Shown here one piece after another: positions 8,538-17,547 of a DNA stretch of 60,655 nt; within the stretch, counting starts at the first letter, position 1, and each line of letters begins with the position of its first letter. A model generated the notes under the pieces. The model had not been told where the DNA came from, ran no database searches, and worked only from the letters and a program-made list of their open reading frames with translations. Source of the stretch: Myxococcota bacterium (lineage in GTDB: Bacteria; Myxococcota_A; Polyangia; Polyangiales; Sandaracinaceae); contig JAYZQJ010000215.1 in assembly GCA_036149055.1 (NCBI GenBank), positions 1-60,655 on the forward strand, written 5' to 3'. The position numbers and the translations under genes were made by a program.

Positions 8538-9713
8538 ATGCAGAGGGGAATCTGGGGCGTGGTGCTGGCGCTGGCGTTCGTCTTCGTGGCGAACGACGCG
8601 CTGGCGCAGCGAAGAGGGGGGAGCTTCGGCGGCAGCCGGTTCGGCAGCCGGAGCCGCAGCTCCAGCACGGGCTCGCGCAGCACGGGCTCCCGGAGCTATG
8701 GCTCTCGGAGCACGGGCTCGCGCAGCTACGGCACGACCACGCCGAGCTACGGCTCGGGCACCCGCTCCACGCCCAGCGGGACGACGACCACCACCCCGAC
8801 CTACGGCGGGGGCTCGCGGGGCACGACCACCACCGGGAGCTACGGGACGCGCTCGCGACCCCGGGCGTCCCGTCGGGGCGGCGGCTGCGGCTGGGGCATG
8901 GGCGGCGGCCTCTGCTGCCTCCTCATCGTGGTCGGCGGCGTGGGCCTCCTGGTCGTCAGCCGGATGCGCAAGGGGGCGTCCGGTGGGGCGACGGGGGGCA
9001 CCTACGCGGGGCCGGACGCGATGCACGTGCATCGCCTGAGCCTCGGCATCGACTGGCGCGCCCGGCGCGAGGTGCAGGGCACCCTGCAGCGGCTGGCGGA
9101 GACGGGGGACACGACCTCCGAGCAAGGCCTCGCCCACCTGCTTCGGGAGACCGTGCTCGCGCTGCGGCGCGCCGAGCTCTCCTGGCTCTACGTCTCGCAG
9201 GAGAGCCACGGCCCGATGTCGCCGCAGGACGCCGAGCAGCGCTTCCAGCAGTCGGCGACCAGCGCGCGCGCCGCCTACCAGACCGAGCTGGTCCGGGGAG
9301 CGGGCGGCGAGGTGCACACCCAGGACGCGCCCGAGATGCGCGCCAACCCCAACGAGGGGGAGGGCACGGTGGTCGTCCACCTCATCGTCGCCGCCGAGCG
9401 CCCCCTGCAGGGCCTGCAGGCGCCGGACGCCGATCAGATCCGCGCGGCGCTCGACAACCGGGCCGCCGTCACCGCCCAGCAGCTCGTGGCCCTCGAGGTC
9501 GTCTGGTCGCCGGCGGACGAGAACGATCGCATGAGCACGGCGGAGCTCGAGCAGTTCTACCCGGACATGCGGCTCATCGACCCGAACAGCATCGCGGGCC
9601 GGCTCTTCTGCACCTACTGCAAGGGCCCCTTCGCGATGGAGCTGCTCCAGTGCCCGCACTGCGGCGCGCCCGCCGAGGCGAGCCAGGACAACCGCACGCC
9701 CCCCGGCGCGTGA
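8538..9713 (+). CDS. DUF1517 (FLAP1-like) membrane protein with C-terminal zinc ribbon
   Basis: Signal peptide, GGSFGG low-complexity region, TM helix, GLAHLLRETVLALRR, ALEVVWSP and CTYC...CPHC. Confidence 0.8.
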   Translation: MQRGIWGVVLALAFVFVANDALAQRRGGSFGGSRFGSRSRSSSTGSRSTGSRSYGSRSTGSRSYGTTTPSYGSGTRSTPSGTTTTTPTYGGGSRGTTTTGSYGTRSRPRASRRGGGCGWGMGGGLCCLLIVVGGVGLLVVSRMRKGASGGATGGTYAGPDAMHVHRLSLGIDWRARREVQGTLQRLAETGDTTSEQGLAHLLRETVLALRRAELSWLYVSQESHGPMSPQDAEQRFQQSATSARAAYQTELVRGAGGEVHTQDAPEMRANPNEGEGTVVVHLIVAAERPLQGLQAPDADQIRAALDNRAAVTAQQLVALEVVWSPADENDRMSTAELEQFYPDMRLIDPNSIAGRLFCTYCKGPFAMELLQCPHCGAPAEASQDNRTPPGA

Positions 9714-9833
9714 AGATGCGGCAAGTATTGCCGCAGCTTCCACGCGCGTGAGCGCGTGAGATGGGGTGGGAGCCCGAGCCGGCTTCGCCGGTCGGGCGGG
9801 AGGGGGCGCATGCCCCCTCCGGAAACTGAGCCG
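9711..9833 (+). repeat. Multi-hairpin MITE/REP-like element, family B, copy 1
   Basis: Near-identical to 43945-44065; differs by a 2-nt loop indel and two substitutions. Confidence 0.92.
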
Positions 9834-9932
9834 AAAAAAGACGATCGTGGGGTTCAGCGCCGGTTCAGGCGGCCGTTGCCTGCTTCGGTAGCCCGAGTCT
9901 CTCCCATGCCCCCCCTGCCTCCCACCGACGCG

Positions 9933-11081
9933 TCAGCGGCGCCGGCCGCGGCGACGTCCGCGTCCGTAGTGCGGGTGTGGGCGCGCCTCGCGGGCCAGGC
10001 AGCGGACGCCGGACGGGCGATGGTCGGTGTCCCAGACGAGCTCCGGCTCGTCGACCTCCTCGCCCGTGGCCCGGGCGATGCGGGGGCGGAAGAGCGGGAC
10101 CGGGTCGCAGTGCTGGCCGCCGTGGACCAAGATGAAGTGGAGATGCGGCCCGCGCGCGAACCCCGTCTGCCCCACGCGGGCGATGACCTCCCCGCGCTCC
10201 ACGACCTGACCCTCGACCACGAGGTTGCGACGGTTGTGGGCGTAGGCGGTCACCCAGCCGTTGGGGTGGACCAGGATCACGAGGTTGCCGTAGCCTCGGA
10301 TGCCGCGCCCGGCGTAGGCCACCAGGCCTCGCTCCGCGGCGTGGATCTCGGTGGTCGGCGCCGCGCCGATGTCGACCGCGAGGTGATATCCGTCGGCGCC
10401 CGAGCCCCATCCGCGCAGATAATGACCGTCGTCCACCGGCATGCGCAGGGTCCCGTCCAGCTCCTCGGCGGCGCCCGCGGCCTCCACCCAGCGTGGATCG
10501 GCCGCGCCTTCGCGGAGCAGCCGCTGGCCGACGGGCGTCCCGCCGAGGCCGAGCGACTCGGCGCGCGCCTGGACCGCCTCGGCCTCGTCCTCTTCGAGCT
10601 CCGGGGGGATGTCGGGCACGACCGGCGCGTTGCCCTCGCGGAGCGAGGCGCGGAGCGCGGCGCCGCTCTGACCCGGTCGGGGCACCAGCAGCGTCTGTCC
10701 CTGTCGGATGTCTTCGGAGCGCAGGGCGTTGGCGGCGCGGATGTCGTCGACCGAGACCCGGAACCGCCGCGCGATGCGGCTGAGGGTGTCGCCGGCCCGC
10801 ACCGTGTACCGGCGTCCCTGGCCGCGCGCCCTGCGCCAGCCGGAGCGGCCCGGGATCTGGAGCCGCTCGCCCGGGCGCACGACGGTGCCGCGCATCCGGT
10901 TGGCGCGCTGCAGCTCGGCGATCGTCACGTGATGGCGGCGCGCGATCGACGAGAGGGTGTCGCCCTCACGCACCACGTAGCCGCGCTGGGCCTCCGCCGT
11001 GAGGGGCAGGGCCGCGGGGGGCAGCAGCAGGGCCGCGCCGAGAAACGCCGCGGTGAGGATCGCCGTCGTCGGGCCGCGCAT
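9933..11081 (-). CDS. LysM-LysM-M23 peptidoglycan endopeptidase
   Basis: Signal peptide, two YxVRxGDTLSxIARR LysM repeats, HLAVD and GPHLHF zinc motifs, GYGNLVIL. Confidence 0.92.
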   Translation of the reverse strand: MRGPTTAILTAAFLGAALLLPPAALPLTAEAQRGYVVREGDTLSSIARRHHVTIAELQRANRMRGTVVRPGERLQIPGRSGWRRARGQGRRYTVRAGDTLSRIARRFRVSVDDIRAANALRSEDIRQGQTLLVPRPGQSGAALRASLREGNAPVVPDIPPELEEDEAEAVQARAESLGLGGTPVGQRLLREGAADPRWVEAAGAAEELDGTLRMPVDDGHYLRGWGSGADGYHLAVDIGAAPTTEIHAAERGLVAYAGRGIRGYGNLVILVHPNGWVTAYAHNRRNLVVEGQVVERGEVIARVGQTGFARGPHLHFILVHGGQHCDPVPLFRPRIARATGEEVDEPELVWDTDHRPSGVRCLAREARPHPHYGRGRRRGRRR

Positions 11082-11149
11082 CGGCCTGACGCTGACGTCC
11101 GGATCGGGATCGCGCAACTCGCGGGCGCCTGGGCCGAGGGGAGGGGCGC

Positions 11150-12994
11150 ATGAGCGATCTCCTGCTCCAGACGCTCCTCGAGTCGGGCCGCGAGCTGGTC
11201 CTGGTGCTCGATCCCGAGGGTGAGATCCGCGAGCTCTCGGAGAGCTTCGCGACCCTGCTCGGCCAGCCCCGGGAGGCGGTCCGCGGCCGCCCATTCGCCT
11301 GGATCCTCGACCCCGAGCGGCCGCCCCTCGAGGGGGTGGTCGAGCGCCTCCGCCGCCAGCGGGGGCAGCGGGCCGAGCTGTGCGTGAAGACGGCGCGGCC
11401 CGGCCTGCGCTGGGTGGAGCTCCGCGCGGCCCGCGTCGACGAGGAGGGCGTGGTGCTGCTCGGCCGCGACACCACGGGCGCCCGGGTCGCGCGCACCAGT
11501 CAGGTGCAGCTCGCCGCCCTCGCGCAGCAGCTCCCCGGCGTGCTCTGGACCACCGACCTCGGCTTGAAGGTCACCTCGGTCACCGGGGGCGGGCTGGCGG
11601 TCCGGAACCGCTCCGCCGAGAGCCTGCTCGGGACCACGCTCTACGAGTACGTCGGGAGCGAGGACCCCGAGGTCCCCCCGATCGCGGCCCACCTCCGGGC
11701 GCTCGAGGGGCACAGCGGCCACTACGAGTTCGAGCGCGACGGGCGCTCGTTCCACGCGCGGGTCGATCCGCTGCGCGCCCCCGACGGGACGGTGCACGGC
11801 ACGGTGGGGCTCGCCCTCGAGGTCACCGAGTCGCGCAACCTGGAGGAGCGCCTCCGGCTCGCCCAGCGCGAGCAGACCCTCGGCCGGCTCGCCGGCTCGA
11901 TGGCCAACGAGTTCAACAACCTCCTGACCATCATCGCCGCCCACGCGGCCCTGCTCGAGGATCAGCTGGCGACCCCCGCGGCGGCCGAGGACCTCGAGGC
12001 GGTGACCGAGGCGGCGAGCAAGGGGCGGCTCCTGACCTCGCGGCTCCTCTCGTTCACCGCGCGCCAGATCCAGAACCCCGAGCGGGTGCGCATCGACCGG
12101 CTCCTCGGCGACCTCGAGCCGATGCTCCGCGCGATCGTCGGGGAGCGGCGGCGCCTGGTGCTCGAGCTCGATCCCGGCGTGGGCTGGATCCGCATCGATC
12201 CGGCGCTGCTCGAGCAGGTGGTGCTGAACCTCGTCGACAACGCCCGGCAGGCCACCGAGGAGGGCGCGCGCATCGTCGTGCGCTCGAGCGTGCGGGTCGA
12301 CGAGCGCCACCCCGGCGGCTGGGTCGAGATCCTGGTCCGCGACGACGGCGTCGGCATGTCCGAGATGGTGCGGAGCCGGGCCTGCGAGCCCTTCTTCACC
12401 ACCAAGCCGCAGGGGCAGGGCAGCGGCCTCGGCCTCACGACCGCCCTCGCGGTGGTCTCGGAGGCGGGCGGCACGCTCGTGCTCGACAGCGCTCCGGGCG
12501 ACGGCACCTCGGTGCGCATCCGGCTGCCCCGCTCCAAGGCGCCGAGCGGCAGCTTCGTGAAGCCCAAGGTCGGCAGCGCCATCACCGAGACGGTGCTGCT
12601 CGTCGAGGATCAGCTCGGGGTGCGCCGCGCGGCCCGCCGGATCCTGCGGCGCGCCGGCTACCAGGTGTTCGAGGCGGCCCACGCGGAGGACGCCCTCGCG
12701 CTCGCGACGGCCTACCCCGGCAAGCTCGACGTGCTGCTGACCGACGTGGTGATGCCGGGCATGAGCGGGCCGCAGCTCGCGGAGAAGCTGCTCGAGCAGC
12801 GCCCGGGGCTGCACGTGCTCTACATGTCCGGCTACGCCGAGGACGTCGACGAGGTGCGCGCCGCGCTCTCCCGCGGCCAGACGTTCCTGCCCAAGCCGTT
12901 CACGCCCGAGCAGCTCCTGACCCGGCTCCGCGAGGCGATGGGGGAGGGCGTGCGGGAGAGCGAGCGCCCGGACGATCTCGTCGACGAGGCGTGA
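11150..12994 (+). CDS. PAS hybrid sensor kinase/receiver with H-box His replaced by Asn
   Basis: Two PAS-like regions, AGSMANEFNNLLT, NLVDNA, DDGVGM, FFTTK..GSGLGL and receiver LLTDVVMP. Confidence 0.9.
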   Translation: MSDLLLQTLLESGRELVLVLDPEGEIRELSESFATLLGQPREAVRGRPFAWILDPERPPLEGVVERLRRQRGQRAELCVKTARPGLRWVELRAARVDEEGVVLLGRDTTGARVARTSQVQLAALAQQLPGVLWTTDLGLKVTSVTGGGLAVRNRSAESLLGTTLYEYVGSEDPEVPPIAAHLRALEGHSGHYEFERDGRSFHARVDPLRAPDGTVHGTVGLALEVTESRNLEERLRLAQREQTLGRLAGSMANEFNNLLTIIAAHAALLEDQLATPAAAEDLEAVTEAASKGRLLTSRLLSFTARQIQNPERVRIDRLLGDLEPMLRAIVGERRRLVLELDPGVGWIRIDPALLEQVVLNLVDNARQATEEGARIVVRSSVRVDERHPGGWVEILVRDDGVGMSEMVRSRACEPFFTTKPQGQGSGLGLTTALAVVSEAGGTLVLDSAPGDGTSVRIRLPRSKAPSGSFVKPKVGSAITETVLLVEDQLGVRRAARRILRRAGYQVFEAAHAEDALALATAYPGKLDVLLTDVVMPGMSGPQLAEKLLEQRPGLHVLYMSGYAEDVDEVRAALSRGQTFLPKPFTPEQLLTRLREAMGEGVRESERPDDLVDEA

Positions 12995-13018
12995 GCGCCT
13001 CGCCCCGCGACCTCCCCG

Positions 13019-15196
13019 CTACCAGGGCCAGAGCCGCACGCTCGCCTGGGCCATCACGCCGACGCCCGGCGCGTTGATGCTCGAGCCGTGCGTTCGATAG
13101 GCGACGTCGAAGAGGTTCTCCCCCACCAGCGAGAGCAGGACCTGATCGCCGAAGCGCCACCCGGCGCGCACGTCCAGGGTGGCCCAGCCGGGCGTGCCCC
13201 CGAGGGGGATGCGCGCGTCGGCGGTGTCCTGGGGAGCGAGGCGATCCTGGGTCGCGGCCCAGCGCACCACCGCCGCCGCGTAGAAGCCGGTCTCGCGGTG
13301 CCGCCAACGCCCCTCCACCGCGCCGTGCAGTGGCGGCACGCGGGAGAGCGGCACCCGGGTCGGCCCGCTCGGATCCGGGCCCTCGCCCCACGCCCAGGTG
13401 ACCGTCGCCCGCACCGTCACGTCCTCCGGAAGGATCAACGTGGCCGCGCCCTCCGCGCCGAAGAGGGTGCCGATCCCGCGAGCGTTGACGAGCTGCAGGT
13501 GCACGCGCGACGCCTGGCACTGCGGGGTGTTCGGCGGGCACGCCTCGGCGCCTCGCAGCGCGCGCTCGATGCCGTCGTCGATCAGCATCGCGAAGGCCCA
13601 CGCGTCGAGCCGCAGCGCGGGGAAGCGGAGCCGGAGCCCGACGTCGAAGCTCGTGGTGCGCTCGGGGCGGAGGTCGGGGTTCTCGAACTGGAAGCCGGGG
13701 CCGGTCTGCTGGCGAGAGGTCAGGTCGTCGAGGTTGGGCGCGCGGAAGCCCTGGTCGACCGCGGCGAGCAGCGAGACCTCCCGGGCCAGCTCGACCTCGG
13801 CGCCGACCCGGCCGACGGCGAGCGGGAAGTCGTCCTGGACCCCGGCGGTGCCCGAGGCGGCGTCCTCGGGGGCGCGCACCCCGACCAGCCCGACCCGGCC
13901 GCCGCTGCGGATCGTCAGCCACCGGGTCGGCCTCAGCGCGAGGGTCAGCCAGGCGCCGAGGGTCACGTAGAGGGAGCGGTCGAGGTACTGACCCCGCGAG
14001 AGCGGCAGGGAGAGATCGAGATCGGTGAGCGTCTGGCTCGCCGAAGAGGACACGCGGTCGTCGTAGACGTCGAAGCCGTAGCGCAGCCGCAGCGACGCCT
14101 CCTCTCCGAGCCGGATGTTCGGCGTCGCCGCCGAGAGCGCGAGCCCGAGGGTGTCGACGTCGTCGCGCCAGTCGAAGCGGATCTGCGAGCGCGGCCGCAC
14201 GTTCTCGCGGGCCTCGTGGTGGCGCTGGTAGCTGAGGGTCAGCGCGAGGTCGCGGATCGAGTCCCCGGCGTCGCCGCGCAGCGAGACGTAGGTCAGGGTG
14301 CGGAACTGCTCGCGCACCCGCAGGCACTCGTCGGAGGGCGCCTCCGGAGGGGGGCAACGATCGGTGCGGGGCGCGTTCGTCTGGCGGTATCCGTAGGCGG
14401 CGGCGACCACCCGCAGCCGCGGGGCGAGGCGGTGCACGAGGCGGCCGTCGAAGGTCAGCTCGGTGAAGCCGGTGCCGATCTGGGTGTGCCAGGCGTCGGG
14501 CGGCTGGCCGGCGAGCTCCTCGGTGAAGCGCGGCACGAGCGCGCGGGAGCCGTCGATCGGGGAGCCCACCAAGCCGCCGCCGCGGAGCAAGCTCGCCTCG
14601 CGGAAGGCCACGCCGCCGAGGAACGCCGTCCGGTCCCCGAGATCGGCGCCGAGCTCGGCCCGCCCGCCCCACTCGAGGTCGGCCGAGCGGAAGCGGGCGA
14701 AGAGGCGAGGCTCGAAGCGCACGCCGTCGAGGCCGGCGTCGGGATCGCGCTCGCGGGGGATGGCGAGGATCGCGCCGCCCAGCGCGTCGGGGCCCCAGCG
14801 GGTGGAGGCGCTCCCGCGGGTCACCTCGAGCCGGTCGAGGGTCAGCGAGTCGACGGTGAAGAAGTACTGGTTCGGGCCCTGGCGGTAGATCCCGGTGTTC
14901 AGGCGCACGCCGTCGAAGAGGTGGATGACCCGCTGGCCGGTGAGGCCGCGGACGTAGGGGCTGGCCTGGCCGTGCGCGGTCTGCTGCACGCTGACCCCGG
15001 GCACGTCGCGCAGCGCGTCGGGCGCCGACCGCGGCAGCCGCTCCTCCAGCTCCTCGTGCGTCACCGTCGCGTGGGGCCGGCCCTCGCTCGCCTCCTCCTC
15101 GTCGTCGCGATCCACCGTCGCGGTGACCCCGAGCTCCTGGGCGGCGGCGGGGCGCGCGAGCAGCACGAGGATGGACAACACGACGGCGCGGCGCAT
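13019..15196 (-). CDS. TonB-dependent receptor
   Basis: Plug motifs (PDALRDVPGVSVQQT, SPYVRG, RLEVTRGSASTRWG), GFRAPN, NPDLRPE, ENLFD and terminal W. Confidence 0.93.
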   Translation of the reverse strand: MRRAVVLSILVLLARPAAAQELGVTATVDRDDEEEASEGRPHATVTHEELEERLPRSAPDALRDVPGVSVQQTAHGQASPYVRGLTGQRVIHLFDGVRLNTGIYRQGPNQYFFTVDSLTLDRLEVTRGSASTRWGPDALGGAILAIPRERDPDAGLDGVRFEPRLFARFRSADLEWGGRAELGADLGDRTAFLGGVAFREASLLRGGGLVGSPIDGSRALVPRFTEELAGQPPDAWHTQIGTGFTELTFDGRLVHRLAPRLRVVAAAYGYRQTNAPRTDRCPPPEAPSDECLRVREQFRTLTYVSLRGDAGDSIRDLALTLSYQRHHEARENVRPRSQIRFDWRDDVDTLGLALSAATPNIRLGEEASLRLRYGFDVYDDRVSSSASQTLTDLDLSLPLSRGQYLDRSLYVTLGAWLTLALRPTRWLTIRSGGRVGLVGVRAPEDAASGTAGVQDDFPLAVGRVGAEVELAREVSLLAAVDQGFRAPNLDDLTSRQQTGPGFQFENPDLRPERTTSFDVGLRLRFPALRLDAWAFAMLIDDGIERALRGAEACPPNTPQCQASRVHLQLVNARGIGTLFGAEGAATLILPEDVTVRATVTWAWGEGPDPSGPTRVPLSRVPPLHGAVEGRWRHRETGFYAAAVVRWAATQDRLAPQDTADARIPLGGTPGWATLDVRAGWRFGDQVLLSLVGENLFDVAYRTHGSSINAPGVGVMAQASVRLWPW

Positions 15197-15273
15197 CGGC
15201 GTCGCATGGCAGCACGCGGTCAGGCGGCGCGCAACGCGTGGTTCGGGGGGCCGGCCCCTGATATCGTCGCCGC

Positions 15274-15711
15274 GTGCGCGCCTTCGCCCTGGTGACGATC
15301 CTGTCGCTCGTGTCCTCCCTCGCGTCCGCGCAGGCGGTCGACGACGACGCGCCGCTGGAGACGGAGACCGCCGACGTCGCGCCGACGCCGGTCTCCGGGG
15401 ACGCCCGCGCGATCGCCTGGGCGCTCTTCGCCGGCGCGGTGGCGCTGACGGTGGGGGGCGCGATCACTCTCGCCGCCGGCGTCGACGACGTGAACACCAT
15501 CGAGAACGCGGCCGACGGCTCGACCTGGGCGAGCGTCGAGGACGCCTACGCGCGCGGCCCGGTGCTCACCGGGATCGGCGCGGCGATCCTCGGCCTCGGC
15601 GTGGCGTCGCTCGGCGTCAGCGCGGCGCTGCTCGCCCACTTCGGCGCGGACGGCACCTGGATCGAGGCCCGGATCGGCCCCGGCTCCCTGACCCTGCGCG
15701 GCGTCTTCTGA
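15274..15711 (+). CDS. Hypothetical exported/membrane protein
   Basis: Signal peptide, two hydrophobic segments, C-terminal LTLRGVF. Confidence 0.7.
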   Translation: MRAFALVTILSLVSSLASAQAVDDDAPLETETADVAPTPVSGDARAIAWALFAGAVALTVGGAITLAAGVDDVNTIENAADGSTWASVEDAYARGPVLTGIGAAILGLGVASLGVSAALLAHFGADGTWIEARIGPGSLTLRGVF

Positions 15712-15721
15712 GGACCCCGTT

Positions 15722-16105
15722 CTAGGGATCTTCGTTGCCGTCGAAGACCGGGGTGTTGCCCCGCACGACCTCGAAGCGGCGGGTGCCCGGGTCCCAGCGG
15801 ACCTGCACGCCGAGGCTGCGGAGGCGCTCGCGGCGGTCGTCGACGTAGCGGCGATCGGACGCGGAGACCTCGACGTCCGGGTAGACGTCGGGGCGCACCG
15901 TGGCGCCGCAGGCCTCCTCGTGATCGCCGCACCAGGCCTCGAGGTCGGAGAGCACGGTCTCGGCGCGCTCGCGCTGTGAGGCCTCGAACTCGACCTCGCG
16001 GACGTCGGCGGCCGGGGCGCGCTCCGGCTCGGCCGGCCGCGACGCGGGGGTGCCCGCGCAGGCGGCGGCGACGAGCGCGAGGGGCAAGAGGCGTGTTCCG
16101 CTCAC
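15722..16105 (-). CDS. Hypothetical lipoprotein
   Basis: GTG start, RLLPLALVAAAC lipobox; fills the gap between its neighbours. Confidence 0.6.
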   Translation of the reverse strand: MSGTRLLPLALVAAACAGTPASRPAEPERAPAADVREVEFEASQRERAETVLSDLEAWCGDHEEACGATVRPDVYPDVEVSASDRRYVDDRRERLRSLGVQVRWDPGTRRFEVVRGNTPVFDGNEDP

Positions 16106-16165
16106 GGGGGCGAGATAGGCGCGCGATCGTGGAAGGCCAGCCGCGCTCCCGACGTACCAAGGGCC

Positions 16166-17500
16166 ATGCGTCTGGTCAGCCCGCGCCCGCTCGGGCACTC
16201 TGCGGCGGTGAGGACCTGGGCGCATGGGGCCACGGACGTGGGGCGGCAGCGGCAGCTCAACGAGGATCACTTCCTCGTGGACGACGAGCTGGGGCTCTAC
16301 CTCGTCTGTGACGGGATGGGTGGGCACGCGGCGGGCGACGTCGCCTCGCGGATGGCGGCGGAGACGGTGCGCGAGCACGTCCGGGCGCGGCGCGATCTGA
16401 TCGAGGCCGCGCGGGCGGGGAAGCGCTCGCACGACGAGGCGGCGGCCATGATGCGCGACGCGATCCAGGCGGCGTCGGCCCGCGTGCATCAGATGGGCGT
16501 CGACGACCCGTCGCGCAAGGGCATGGGCACCACCTGCACCGCGCTCCTCGTGCTCGGCGGCAAGGGCGTGATGGGGCACGTCGGCGACAGCCGCCTGTAC
16601 CTCCAGCGCCAGGGGCGGGTGTACCAGCTCAGCGAGGATCACACCTTCGTCCAGGAGGCGGTCCGGCGCGGCATGCTCACGCCCGAGCAGGCCAAGGACA
16701 ACCCGCACCAGAACCTCGTGACGCGCGCGGTCGGGCCGAACCCGTCGGTGCTGGTCGACTCGCTGGTGTTCGACGTGTTGCCCGGCGACGCCCTGCTGCT
16801 CTGCTCCGACGGGCTGCACGGCTACTTCCACGACGGCGCCGAGCTCGGCCCGGTCCTCGGCCTCGAGTCGCTCGAGCAGGTGACCTCCGGGCTGATCGCG
16901 ACCGCGAACGAGCGCGGCGGCGAGGACAACATCACCACGGTGGTCCTCCGGCTCAGCTCGGAGCCGCCGCAGGCGAACGACGAGGCGCGGCGCGCGAGCC
17001 GGGTGACGGCGGAGCTCGAGGCGCTCGGGCACATCGTGCTCTTCAGCGAGCTCGGCATGAAGGAGCTGCTCGAGGTGGCCAACGCCTTCGAGCACCGCGA
17101 GTACCGGACCGACGAGGTCGTGGTGCACGAGGGCGACGTCTCCGAGACGCTCTTCGTCATCGTGACCGGGGCGGCCAAGGTGACCCGGAACGGCACCGAC
17201 ATCGCGCTCCTGCGCTCGGGGCAGCACTTCGGCGAGATGGCGCTCCTCAGCCGCCGGCCGCGCTCGGCCACGGTGCGCACGCTCAAGGACTGCACGATGC
17301 TCACCCTCAGCCGCGACCGCTTCTACGAGATCATGAGCGGCGACTCGGTGATCGCGGCCAAGTTCCTCTGGCGGCTCGCCCAGACGCTCAGCCTGCGGCT
17401 CGACGACGTCTACCTGCTCCAGGAGAAGCTCGGCGCCGAGGCGGAGACCCGGGACACGGTGCAGTACGGCCTCTTCCCCAGCCCGTTCGACGGGCGGTGA
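16166..17500 (+). CDS. PP2C Ser/Thr phosphatase with C-terminal cyclic-nucleotide-binding domain (start may be 16208)
   Basis: TDVGRQRQLNED, VCDGMGGH, GMGTT, HVGDSR, CSDG, GGEDNIT, then FGEMALL..RPRSATV. Confidence 0.93.
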   Translation: MRLVSPRPLGHSAAVRTWAHGATDVGRQRQLNEDHFLVDDELGLYLVCDGMGGHAAGDVASRMAAETVREHVRARRDLIEAARAGKRSHDEAAAMMRDAIQAASARVHQMGVDDPSRKGMGTTCTALLVLGGKGVMGHVGDSRLYLQRQGRVYQLSEDHTFVQEAVRRGMLTPEQAKDNPHQNLVTRAVGPNPSVLVDSLVFDVLPGDALLLCSDGLHGYFHDGAELGPVLGLESLEQVTSGLIATANERGGEDNITTVVLRLSSEPPQANDEARRASRVTAELEALGHIVLFSELGMKELLEVANAFEHREYRTDEVVVHEGDVSETLFVIVTGAAKVTRNGTDIALLRSGQHFGEMALLSRRPRSATVRTLKDCTMLTLSRDRFYEIMSGDSVIAAKFLWRLAQTLSLRLDDVYLLQEKLGAEAETRDTVQYGLFPSPFDGR

Positions 17501-17547
17501 CCTGACTTTCTCCCGGGGGCGGGCTATGCCGGCTCCGGGGAAACGCA

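Noticed and set aside
9834..9932. Minus-strand GGAGAGA..ACCGAAG..GCAA resembling a glycine riboswitch
   Set aside because: It lacks the downstream CTC(T)CAGG block and lies at a gene's 3' end, not in a leader. An Rfam scan would settle it.
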